Source of the DNA: Isurus oxyrinchus
Lineage: Eukaryota
NCBI GenBank assembly: GCA_026770705.1
Contig: JANJGN010000036.1
Span: forward strand, 2,480,001-2,544,000
Reading direction: 5' to 3'
Length of the DNA stretch: 64,000 bases
The notes under the pieces were generated by a model. That model saw nothing but the letters and a program-made list of their open reading frames with translations. It searched no databases and was not told where the DNA came from. A program made the position numbers and the translations under genes. Positions 24,445-37,577 of this stretch are shown here, piece after piece. Within the stretch, counting starts at the first letter, position 1, and the number at the start of each line of letters is the position of its first letter.

Positions 24445-26240
24445 TTGGAAAGGAAAGAGGGGGAGCACTCACAATCTGCTTCCCGAACATGGCCTGCACT
24501 AGAAGGTTTCCTCTGATCACATGAAAGACTGAGAATCCAATCGGCGCAAATTCAGGTGCGTTCTCAGTGCAATTTTGTGATTTTGCCCAAAGCGGAGACT
24601 GATGTGTCTCTTAATGTTAGCTGTTCGAAAGATCAGATCTCGAATTCCAGTTTCTCCAGCTTTCTGTGATGTGATTTTAGTGTTTATATTAAAATTCTGC
24701 ATAAAAATACAGTATGTGAGCGAGACATAATTCAAATAGATTTAACAATGTATCTGTGCTCGAGTTATCTAGATATTAAAACAGAATTAAAAACCAATGA
24801 CGGCTCTGTGATTCTTTTTTTTTTCCATTCATGCCAGGTGCCCTCAGATACCTCTGAGGACAAGGTACAAACACATTTCTAGAGCGAATGTAAACAAGAT
24901 AGAAGTTGTTTTAGGAACCGAAGGGTACTGGATCGGGTTTAAGGCTGTATTGATATGAAAGCTGCAGTGTTAATGGATCCCAAGCCTTCGATGGTTGTGT
25001 CCTAGGAGGGAACAGTGTTACAATTACTCTGGAAGGAAGAATATTTACAATTCATCCGCCCTCTTGATAATGAAGTTGAGTGGAATTTACCGACTACAAT
25101 CACTGGTTCGAAGACACTTAAAGTACAGGAAGAGGCCATTCCTCCCGTCACGCCTGTGCCAGCTCTTTGAATGTGCACTTTAGTACCACACCACATCCGT
25201 CTCCTCATGGTCCTAAGAATTAATCTTCTTGTAGCACACCGCCCATTAAATGTTAATATCTATCCTGCATACAGCACATCCCATCGGCTGTGACTGAAAG
25301 TGCCATGCTGGCCATGTCCATAATTCACAAACGAGAACACAATTCACTCCTCACATTAGAGTATCAGTCAAAAGCGTGAGTGAATTTGAGCTGATGTTTC
25401 ATTGAGATGGTGTCATCCATTTCCATGACATCTTTAATTTCATCAATATTCAAAGGCTGGCCTGGAAACCATTGGTGTGCTGATTGCCGGATATTTTTGG
25501 TAGTGATTAAACTCTGATCTGCAGAACGTCTTATGATCCCCCTTTGTAACGATTAGAAACATTCTCAAATGTACACTGGCTTATTCTGCTGTAAATTCTC
25601 GTTCTGGGCAGATATCTGGGGAGTTTTTCGAGACATTTATGACAAGATGCACGTGGAAAAAGTCATTCAGCGAAACACAGTTCATCCATCTGTAAAGGCT
25701 CTGTCATCCTCAACCTGCAGGACAATGACTGCTTCTTAAAAGAAAAGAAACTCAGGGCATTCACAACCGTCACCCTACTGACCCTATGCAGAGAGCCATT
25801 CTTAGTGCTGATCACTCTGTGTGTCATCGAATCTCGGGCATCCGTCATGTTAATATAATGACGCATTAATCTGCAGGCACACAGGAGCCATTCAGTCCCT
25901 CTCTTTGGATCTAGCTTTTGATCTGATCATGGCTGATGTTAGGAAATTGAGATAGTTTAAGTAAATTATATGTATATTTAGGTTTAGCTTTAAGGTACAT
26001 ATTTAAGTTTATATAACGTTTTTTCTATTTGTCGATTAAGATATGAACCTGGCATGTAGTTTCATTTTTGAGTGGAGGCAACAGGCCTGAAGTTGTTTGT
26101 ACACTTGCATTTCTAAAGGGTTTTATGACCCTTGAAGAGAAGGTGAAGCAAAGTCAAGAGTAGAAACGAAAACGGCGCTGTTGCCCAGCAATAGGGGTCC
26201 AAGGAGTGTGGCTCTCGCACACATACACACATGGACAGAC

Positions 26241-26415
26241 NNNNNNNNNNNNNNNNNNNNNNNNNNNNNNNNNNNNNNNNNNNNNNNNNNNNNNNNNNNN
26301 NNNNNNNNNNNNNNNNNNNNNNNNNNNNNNNNNNNNNNNNNNNNNNNNNNNNNNNNNNNNNNNNNNNNNNNNNNNNNNNNNNNNNNNNNNNNNNNNNNNN
26401 NNNNNNNNNNNNNNN
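26241..26415. other. Assembly gap (N)
   Basis: 175 N. Confidence 0.99.
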
Positions 26416-28733
26416 TTCTGTTCACTTGAAAGCAGCTGCAAGAGAGAGGCTAGATAGCAGAGGGACAGATAGCAAGGCGAAAGCAAAACTTGAAGCCAAG
26501 ACTGCAGATAAGAAGAATACTCGGGGAAAGGATGGCAGAGATCAGATTTTGCAAAAGGGCTGAAAGTTCCTAAGGCCAAGGAGTGAGACAGAAATGGCAG
26601 AAAGTCCCAATGAGAAGTTATTGTCAAATGAAGGACAGGAAACTGAAAAACGTCCTGCTAATTGAAGTTAAGAGTGAGGAGCTGAGGAATGCTTCAGGTT
26701 TAAAGTGAAAACATTGCAGGAAGAAGATTATTGAGGGATAAGCTTATGACGAATACGAAATTCCAATGAGACAGCTGATGTTCTGCCACTCTTTTCTAAA
26801 TACATGTGAATCAGTGGCACACTGGTGAGGCTGAGTCAGTGAAAGAGAGTGCGAGAATGGAATCTTGAATATATATGATGACCTTGGGGAGAGAAACTTC
26901 TTTGGAAGGAGAGTCGAAACCCTGGATTTGGACCCTTGCAGAACATGCCTGGGAGAAAGCATCAGTTTGGAAAAGGCTCCAAAGCGAGTTCCCGGAGAGT
27001 GGCATTTGGAAACTCTAGTGTGAAGGACGGAGATCAGTGGAACTGGTTGACTCATGGTGTGATAAGCATCTTGTGGGGCGATTGGGGGTCAGGGATGGTG
27101 AGCGCATGTTGGTGGTGGGAATTGATGAGGCATCGATAGCACCTGTTTCAGGTGTGGGTTGGGTGGTGGGTGTAATTGATTGGATTTGTGGATATACTCG
27201 TTTGAACTGGCAAAGCTACCTGGGGAGTCACTGCAAGGGAGTTCTGCTCAGGCTAACTCTAAACCTCAGCTCCTCAGGTGTAAAAAAGGGCAGGTGCCAG
27301 TGAGGGAGAAACACCATCAGACACCCACTCTGGCAGCACCGGATACAGTGTTTGATGAACTCAATTACCCAACTCAAACCTAAGTTTGAGTATTCATAAA
27401 GTCAGTAATTTATCTGCTCAGAGACTATTTGACAGGAAAGAGCTAATGAGTCCTTCAGAGACAAAATTACATTGGTTTGAAATATATAAAAACGGATTCA
27501 AATACTTTAATGGTGGTTTTGTGGATTTTAGCCGATTATCACATTCTGGCACTGTTCACTGGTATAATTTATTCTTCAAAACAAATCAGATTGAAAATCT
27601 TATAAAGGTTGCCATAAAATTTAGTGGTGGCTTATTCTGCGAGTGAATCTGATTCACCGTTATTGTCCCCATGTTGGATGCCTGGATGATTCAGTATATC
27701 ACTAAACGCGGGTTACTGGACACCAGGTTAAAAGGTTTGCGCCGGGTCACGAAATTCCCGGTTTCGACGTTAAAACTATTATAAAGATTGAACAGGCTGA
27801 GGCACTTTCCCCTAGAAAAATGGTGTCTGAGGGGGTGACCAGATCGAAGTATTTAAAATTATGAACATATTCGCTGCGGCAGACATAAAGAAAATATTCC
27901 CACTTGTGGCAGAGAGACCAGAACTAGGGACCATCAATATAAGATAGTCACCAATAAATCCCATCAGGAATGTAGGAGAAACCCCTTTACTCATACAGTG
28001 TGGAGACAGTGGAACTCGCTCCCACAGGCAGTGGCCGAGGTGAATCGCAGAGCTGGGTTGAAGGGGGAATGAGGATAAGCACACGAGAGAGAAAGGAATG
28101 GAAGGATATGCTGATGGGTTGAATGAAGAGGGGGTGGGAGGTGGATCGTGTGGAGCAGAAGCACTGGCACAGAGCAGATGACCGATACTCTGCTGATCCA
28201 CATGAATAATTCTAACACAAAGAGACAGGCGGGAAGACAGAATCTGGGTGAAACAATTACTAACATATTAGCGTCATATTCTAGCTTTCTCTAATCTGGT
28301 CTGTTTTTGTTGAAACCAGAATAAATTAATGTTGTCTCGGTGAATTAAACAGAACACACGGAATGAGGGGCATTTCTACTCTGCCCACGCAAATGTCATC
28401 AGCGGTAATGTTATTGAATTCAGCACCATTGCCTCTTGTCTCCAGTTTGCACCAGCCTGGACTGCGCACCGCCTGTGACGCGTGTTTACCAAGATCTGCA
28501 GCGTGTTGCCCTTTGCAGGCAGAGCCGTGTGCGGTCTCCTAGTCTGTAAACAGGAAACCCTTAACTAAACGTACACCGTGCTGATTTTTCCAGTGCGCTA
28601 TTTTTAAACGTTGCACGTAATTTCCGTGAAATGTGCATTTTCACCACATCTTCTGAACCCAGGACCGAGAACAGAGACACCGGAGCTAAGAGACGCTGAA
28701 AATGTTAGAGCAAACGGCGCTGGATCCGAGACC

Positions 28734-31700
28734 GAGAGCTTCTTAATGTCCTGTGCGTTGCTGCATCTGTTCCCAGGTTTGTGTCTTATTCACTCTTCAG
28801 TCAGATTGGTTAAAGGCCTGTAAGATAACCAAGTGCAAAATTATCCCATTACCCATATTATATAACATTAACTTCATGTTGAAAGACTGACTTATGTCCG
28901 CCTGATCAAATTCGATCAAATATCAACATTCTCCTGGCTGTAGGATGAGATGTAAAACCGACACCCTCTGTCTGACACTTTGGGATGGGAAGGGTCCCCG
29001 GGCCACTATTAGCAGAGCAACGGAGGAGTGAGGTGGGGGGACAGAGGCGGCGTTGTTCCCCTCTGTGCCCCTGGGGCCAATATTTATCTCCAAAACAACA
29101 TCATTAAAGTTACGATCTGGATCATAATCACATTGTAATTTGTGGGTCTGTCTGTGCCCAGTTACAGCTGCCGCTTTTCCGACATGACAACAGAGACTAA
29201 ATTCAAAAAAAGTCCTTTAATGTCCCTGAGGCGCCTTTTCCCCTCTTGTTCCTGTTATAGTTTCAAATTTAACCCTCAACATTTGACTCCATTCGCCTGT
29301 ATTAACGAGTGGATGGTCTATTATATATTTTACTGTTGTACCCGATTCGCCATCGGAAGTGTTTTATCTCTTCCTGCCATAGCAGAACCCATAGTGATGG
29401 TTGTGTAACTCTCAGTTATTGTATGTCAGGCAGTTTTGTGCCAGACTCCGGAGGTTCAAAGCCTCTCACTTGCAAGTACCTTCAAGGTGCATTTTGACAC
29501 TTCTTTGTTAGCGCTGGTGTCGAGGCGAGGGGCGGGCGGGGGGTGGGTGGGGGTGCGGGGACGTGAGCTTTTATAATCGGAGTCATCGGATGCATCTGCC
29601 ACTAGTTTACACCGTGACAGAATACAAATTTCCAACCGGGAGATTGTTGACAGAAATTAACCAGGATGATTCGGGCATGTTTTCATCAGCGGGAAGTTCT
29701 CTATGTTTAGAAATGGTTCCAAATTTCTCATCAGAGACACAAACGACCGTCATTTTACAAATTACACCATCCACAACCCGGAAGCTATGGCCAATACTGA
29801 TCCCTTCTTAACGCCCAATCCCATCACGTTCTCCAATGTTCCACCGTTTTACTCCTCCTCTAGCTGAAATTCTCTCGATGTAAAGTGTCCCTCTGATGTG
29901 CTTGGTGAAATCTGTAGGCCCCGATTCCTCGGCCGTTCGCTGGAATATTTCCGAGCGGGGTGCCCAGGGACAGAGCGATCCCAGGACATTTAATGTGGAC
30001 GGGGCCTACCCCAATAGGGGTTACATAATTCTCTGGGCGGAAACCTGAAGCATAGGCGCTCTCTGTACGTGCGCGTGAAAATCAACTCCGGTGAAAATCT
30101 TCCACGTGAAAGTGTCTCATCTCAGAGAGGGAGTTGTTAACAATTACCTCGTGCATTTAATGTGCGGCCTATTTATTAGCAATATCTCTTTGTATATTAA
30201 AATTCCCCCTTCCCATATGTCCACGTATCATTTTCTGAGCCCTTACTCCACTCCCATGTATCTCACCATTTCAGTATTTAGCTTTCTCAATTTTAAGTCC
30301 ACCTGTCTACTTTGGATAAAAACATATGGAGAGAGATAAGCTATTTTGACATGTCAATTATTAAATAAAATCTCAATTTTCTGTTTATCACTTTCACTCT
30401 AGATTCTTCTATGTCATTATACGTATTCCATAGAACTTCCAGCACAGAAACAGTTCATTCGGTCCTTTGGCTCGGTGCTGGTGTTTTTGCTCCAAAAGAA
30501 CGTCTTCCCATCCCCTCTTCATCTCACCGCATCAACCTATTCCTCCGTTCCTTTCTCCCTCATGCGTTTGTACAGCCCAATGGGAATGAGCTCCACATTC
30601 TCACCAGTCTCTGGTTAAAGAATTTTCTCCTGATTTCTGGATTGGATTTGTTATTGACTCTGATATTGTTGGATTCTAGTTCTAGTCGCTACCGAAAAGT
30701 GCTAATACCTTCTCTACTCCTGGCCAAAAATCCCTTTCGTTGCCTTAAAGACCTTCGTCAGGTAGCCCCACAGACTACTCTTTTCTATAAAAACCGAAGA
30801 TAGCCTGTTCAAACTTTCCTGACTGTTATTACCTTTCAGTTTTGGTATCATTCCAGTCAACCTTTTCTTTTTTGCACCTTCCCCTTTGCTTCTATATTTA
30901 ATAATGATATTGTGACCAGAATTCTTCACAGGACTCTAAGTGTGGCCCAGCTAAGTTTTGTAATAAGTTTATTGTCGACTTTCTTCTTTTCATTGCTGGG
31001 TCTTTTTTTAATTCACTGTATTAACATTTTCACTTGTTTAAATTATTTTTGTGCCTGTACCTCAGAACCTCCTGCTCATCAATCCGATTTAAACTCTCAT
31101 TGTCCCAAAAGTGTGTAGCCAAAACCCTATCACTAAATCTAATCTGGACCCCAATCCTTATCCTTCCGAGCAAGGCGGTCTCTATATAACGTTTCCTCCA
31201 CGACAAAAGAAAAAGATCCGTTTGATGACTATAAGATAATTATTCTTTCATGCGTGGTGGACAAACGCTTAGCAAAAGTTATTATCAATCAATATTGTGA
31301 GAATTTCTAAATCGATAGGCTAATAAAGGCCAGCCACCATCGAGTTTTGAAAGTGTAGTCATGCTTAACACATTTAATATTGATTCCTCTTGTAGAAGTG
31401 TCTGAGTGGGCAGTTGAAGTGAATGCAGTAGATAGAACCTGTATGAGGTTCCACAAGGTATTCTTGCATTTGTGTTTGATAAATTTATCTATGTATCTTT
31501 CACTCGCACCCGGTNNNNNNNNNNNNNNNNNNNNNNNNNNNNNNNNNNNNNNNNNNNNNNNNNNNNNNNNNNNNNNNNNNNNNNNNNNNNNNNNNNNNNN
31601 NNNNNNNNNNNNNNNNNNNNNNNNNNNNNNNNNNNNNNNNNNNNNNNNNNNNNNNNNNNNNNNNNNNNNNNNNTCTATCATGCGTTCACATGCTGTCTAT

Positions 31701-32672
31701 GCGAATGTCTCTCTCTATCTAGCCGTCCATCTAACTTCAAATGTATAAAATTGCTTCGCTTCCCTAATACATTTCGAATTTTTATTTTAATGCGCTTGGT
31801 GATGTTGGTGACAGTGACAAGACTGACATTAATTGCTCATCCAGAGCTGCCCTCCGTAGCTGGTGCTGGATCTCCTTGAACCTTGCGAAAGCGCAAAAAG
31901 GCTCGAGTTGCAGGAGTTCTTCTGAAATACAATGACATTTTCAACCGTTGCTTCCTACCATCTGCAGTTCCCAATTCCCGGGAGTTCCTATGCGGCAGCG
32001 CTTCTCCTTCGGGGGATGGTCGTTGGGGCCGGGAGAAGGAGTTGATGGAAACGGCAATGAGGGATCAATTATAGAGAGGTACTATAACTCTTCGGCGCTC
32101 TCAATGCATTTATTAATCACCTGATGTTTGGCACTTTCAGCTGTTTCAATGTGAAATGTCGCTGTTTCAACTCCAATTACACTTCACTTTCTAAGAGGCG
32201 ACATGAACAGTGATGTGGAACTGACACATCAGGAGCATGGGCACAAACCAAGTTGGTCTATGGTGGAATTGTTTCCTGACATGTGTAGATACGTTTGACT
32301 GAATTGTAACTAAGGTTTTAAATTCGTAATTACTGTCATATGAGTCTAGGGGATTTTGCATTGTGCATACTGCAAGATATCACTGTTTACGTGCACCATA
32401 GCACTGCACCAATAGATGAAAATATAGATACGAATTCAACTGAATATGACAAAATTGACATCGATAAGTTTTTGTTGGTTAAAGTGTTAGGTAAGGAAGG
32501 AGAGGAAATGGCATTAAGATACAGATCAGAAAGAAGTTGATTGATAGGCAGAACATGCCCGAAGGGCTGAATGACCTCCTGGTGATGGTGTGGCTCACGA
32601 TAACTGTATGTGTTTTCTCTTACAGATTTTTTTTTTGCTCGGCTGGTGTTTGATGCGCATCCCACAGTCTGA
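28734..32672 (+). pseudogene. Type-B receptor pseudogene B3
   Basis: Leader relic ESFLMSCALLHLFP|gt (about 28734-28776). V relic from 29416 (VIVCQAVLCQTPEVQSL...DDSGMF...FRNGSK). C1 relic about 29830-30130 (VPLMCLV..WNISE..DGAY..ET*SIGALCTC) with stops. TM relic about 31965-32065, cyt relic about 32197, last-exon relic about 32626-32672 (FARLVFDAHPTV*, Tyr lost). Confidence 0.78.
31515..31673. other. Assembly gap (N)
   Basis: 159 N. Confidence 0.99.
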
Positions 32673-35600
32673 TATCAAACGACATTGAGAGCTCAAGTTC
32701 TGCTTCCGGGCTATGACGCATTGTGGAAAGATTTCTCTCTTGCGTTCTTATTGGAGGAAAGCCTGGAGTTGTAATCCTTTCCAAGGGGCTGCCATCTCAA
32801 ATTCTTTTCCCGCTGAATTCATATTTATTAAGAGTAATGAGCAATGCAGCCTACTGATTCGTCACCTACTGGAGAGTCTTCAAGTCTGAAGGAACAGATT
32901 CCATTTCAAGTCCAATTTTGCCCTTGGAAATTTTAGCTTTCTGCTCAGTTTCAATATTTTTTTGCTTTCTTCTGGTGGTGTGTTTAAGTTCATTGTGCAT
33001 CTTTGCGTAGTGCTTCAGCAGGAAGGAGCGAATCAGTGTCCAAGTTAACAACCCATTCAAACATGTTTTGAAACTCAAGTATTGTATTTAGGAGTTCAGG
33101 CTCTTTGATCCCTTAGTGCGTATGTGCTTAGTGATTCGGCAATGGCAGGTTACAGGATATTTTTATAGGCCAGAGGTGTGCGATTTAAAAGTGGGAATAA
33201 TTCTACAAGAATGATACCAGAACTGAGAATTTATAACAACACTGAAGATTGAACAGACTGTGCCCCTTTTCCCCACAAAAGAGAAGGCTCAGGGGTGACC
33301 TGCTGGCATTCAGATGGAAAGACAATGTTGCCATTTGCAGGCAGAGCTGAAGTAAAAGTCATGAACATTAGATAGTCACTAATAATTCCAATCAAGAATA
33401 CAGGAATTCTCCCAGGGGAAAGGGTAGAATGCAAAACTCGCAACCACAGCTAGTGGCCGAGGTAAGGAGCTGAGATGCATTTAAGTGGGAAGCTAGAGAA
33501 ATATATTATCAATAAATCAATAGGAGTCTATGCTGGGGGGTTGTTGAGGGTGTGGGAGGAGCATCGTGTGGAATACAAACACCAGCATGGAGCAAAGGAT
33601 CTGAATGGGGTGTTTCTGCTCTGAAAATAACGTTGAATTTTGCAAAGCAGAAAACATGAGCAGTGACTGAAAGTTGTTCGCTCTGAAGAGTTTGCATCAA
33701 TAAAATACTTTCTTCTTCTCACTAAAATAAAAAGTTAAAGCTGAAAGTGGCATTCAAAGGACGTTGCATTGAGGTGATCTGATCTTTTTCTGTCACACCA
33801 TCAATATTATAAACATTAACAATGAAGGTTTGAGACCACTGCGTTTTCAGATACATGTTACGACTTCAACCATTGTTATTCACTGAGCAAGGGAAATCGC
33901 AGATGGATGCTTGTCTCACTGGTCATATATAAATATGTATATATATATACATATACACATTTTTTTTTGTTTTGTAAACGAGGGGAAAACTTTTACGATC
34001 CTTATAGTACAATATTTAAGAACATGAAAAAAGAACTTAATCACACAAGATAACTATTTCACGGCTGAAGCAGTCTTACAATGTATTCCTCCGAAACAAA
34101 ACTTCGCTTTTCAGAATGCATAAGTAAACAATTTCGAAGCAGCTCCCTGAGGAACTTAAATCATAAAAATCTAGTAATATTACCCATGGCAAATAGTGCT
34201 GCTACTTTAGTGCCGTATACCTCACGACTTCTCATTCTCCTCCAGTCTGTTGTGGAAGTCCGAAGGAAGTTCAGAAACGGACTCCATCCTGAAAGCAAAA
34301 ACTTCTCTGTGTTTAACTCTGGTAGCTGCAACATATTCCACATTTTCCACGTCTCAGATCTGGAGTCACTGCATTTCCCCCCACACAGCCACCTCAATTC
34401 AACTGAATATTTCCCTTAAATACTACTTTCCCCCTTTCATCCTGAGCTCCACTGAGCTAAGCATCCCCTTAACTCAAATTTTCCAACCTAGAAAATCCTC
34501 CATGCCTCTCTCTTGCCTCCACATCCGCATCAAATAAAATTTAATAACCTTGCTTTGTTCTCTTAAGAAATATTGGCAATTGAAAAACAAGACCTTATCT
34601 AACATCTCAGTCAATATTTAGAACAACAACGTGTTTGCTTATAATGCCAACATCACCATAGCCTCTCATTACAAATGCATGCATCCAGCTCCTTTGTATT
34701 TCATCTCTAATCTCCCACAGGCAATCTGTCTTTACTAATTTTCCCCAGTTTAATTACCAATAGACAGACAGACACACAGACACACACACAAACACACACC
34801 TACACACATCTTTCTTCATCGAATACCACCATGTCCCCCAAATATATAAAAGCAACATTCATGTTCATTGCACGTACAAAACTCTACTCATTCACCTTGT
34901 TCCCCGACCCCTTGGTACAGTTACACATTAACAGCTTTCTGAGGGAGAGAGATCCAGATTTCCACTCCACCTTCCACAGGACCTCTTGCTCCAAAACAAG
35001 TGATACTCATGTGACAACTCTGACATGTAGGTTTAAAGTTGGACATAAACAAGAAGGGGCTTTGTAAAAACGAAATGGAGCAATCACGTGTTTTATGAAT
35101 CACTGCCCGTGTCTTTCTCTTGCTGTGCTCTAATTCAGTAAATGATAGAACACATAATATCTCCGCACTGAGAGCATCTTAACCCAGGACTGATATTGCC
35201 AGATTTGCAGAAATTGCAGTTTAAACCAAGAGACATTTAATTATTAATGAATACCAACATCTGGTGCTTCGTTATAATCGAAGAATAATTTATTTTATTT
35301 ACATACAGACATTTGTCAAGAAATGAACATCCTGTCAGAAACTGGACGAGCATAATCAGCAGGCAAATTGCAGAGAAAATAAGGAATGTTCTTAGTCTTT
35401 GCTCAATGTTTCTTTCACACTGAAATTACACGATAGTGGTGGGATATCCTTAATAATATTTAAAACAACTTCCACATTTAACAAAATGAGCCAGTCTTTG
35501 CAAGCTCTGGCGAGTGCATGGGGAAAGATAACTGTTTCATGGGAGCCCCTTTGGCTCCATGTGTATTTCCACAAGGCTTTTCGCAAAGCCTGTCAACTGC

Positions 35601-37577
35601 ATAATTGATCAGAGAGAAACAGGCAGGATTCTCATCTGCGACCCGTCTTCTTTTTTGATCTTTTTTCCAATGCAGCCAAGTCCATGGACGCGTAGAGAGG
35701 TCCGCCTTGTGCCTGGGAGACATATTAAACGTTAACAGCGAAACGTTTCTAAACGATTTCACCCAGAGGGTGGTGGGAATTTGGAACTCACTGTCTGAAA
35801 GGGTGGTAGATGCAGAATCCCTTAAATAACATTTAAGGAGTATTTGGAAATGCAATTGCGATGTCATGGTATACAAAGCTATGGGCCAAGCACCAGGAAA
35901 ATGAGAGTAGAATAGTGAGGTACTTGTTTGACCGGCACAGACTCGATGGGTGGAAGGGTCTTTTTCTGTGCTGTAGACCCCTATGATTCTCTGACTATGA
36001 ATCTCTGAGATAGGCAATATTACCCACTCCAGTAGCCGCGTTTCACACAATTATAGAATGATACAGCACAGAAAGTGTCCGTTGAGCCCATTGTGTCTAT
36101 GCCAACTCTTTGAAAGAGCTATGCAGTTAGACCTTCTCTGCCTCCATATCACCGCTATTATTTTCCCCTTCCAATATTTTTCTAATCCCTTCTTGAGGTT
36201 TGCTGTTGGATCGGTTTCCATTGCCCTGTATATCAATTTGAGGAATGTTTTGTTTCATTTGTATGTCAAAAAAGTGTCTGAATTGATGTTTTGAGACCGA
36301 GCAACAGAATTTGTAAAGCAACTGGAACTGACCAAAGTTTAATCATAAAACTGGGGTGATGAGTCTTTCAATTTGATTGGATTATTTTGTTGAATTCGAT
36401 TATTGTGTTTCGGCGTGTGCCATCTGCACAATTGAGTAGAGGCCACAGAATTCATCACATTGAGAAGTATGACGCAATACAATCAAAAAATGTGCGTTAA
36501 TATAGCGCCTGCCATGAACGAAGAAGCCTCAGAACATTCGCATCCACTTTTTTGAAATGTGGTCTCTGTTCTTAATGCAAGACGGCAGCGAATCTAAGCA
36601 CAGTAAGATCCCATAAACAACAATGAATTGATGAGCTAGATAATTTATTTTTTTAAGATGCTGATTCAAAGATGAAATATGAAACCCGACACCAGAGAGA
36701 ACCCCTCAACCCGGCACCTACCATCCTCCCAACACTCCACCACTGTTCTTCTTGCAATAATGGCGGTTATCATAGAGTCATAGAAGTCAGCAACACAGAA
36801 AATGCCCTTCGGCACATCGAGTCTGTGCCGGTCAAACAAGCACCTAACTATTCTAATCCCATTTTCTAGCACTAGGCCCATGGCCTTGCATGCCACGCAC
36901 TATATTTTATCCCGATCTGAGAGGGCGGACAGGTCCTCGTTTTAACGATTCATGTGAAATCGGCACCTCCGAAAGTGCAGCACGCGCTTTGGAGTTCAGT
37001 GCAGACTCTTTGCTAAGCCTCTGTACACAGACGTACGCACACATACACACATACACACGTGAACACACACACACACACACAAACACAAAACTTCTGCTCA
37101 AACTGATTCCTTCTTAGTCCAATTACAACAGCAACACATTTTGATTTATCGACAAAACCCCTGTGGGTTTGGCCTATCTTCCCTGTAATTCCAATCAGCA
37201 ATGTATTTTAGTAATTTGTTTCAGTCGGAGGAGGGACAAAGATGGGAGTTGAGTGAGGGGGATAAGAGTCACTGTAGAGATAAAAGAAAATAGCAGAAAT
37301 CTGAAAAAAGAACTGCTGGAAATCCGCCGTTAACCTGATGGGGACATTCGACTCGGAAATGTATCCTGTCCTTTCTATTATCAGATGGAATGAGGGACTG
37401 GGGGATATTTTCTGATTCCATTTAGAGGGGCGAGTGGGATTTTATACAAATTCAGATGCTCCGGACTGTGACTTGCTCTCTGGTAAACGCGTGGAATACA
37501 CAGCTTGGGAAGCCTTGTACCTTATCATCAAAAAGCAAGTTTCTGTCTGTTATTACAACGATTTGAAAAGCACTCAC

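Noticed and set aside
26123-26627. ORFs spanning N runs (also 31307-31879)
   Set aside because: Artefacts of assembly gaps.
34221-34290. Exon-like segment on the minus strand with AG/GT ends (similar case at about 54243-54285)
   Set aside because: No partner exons or homology found; stops in the plausible frames.
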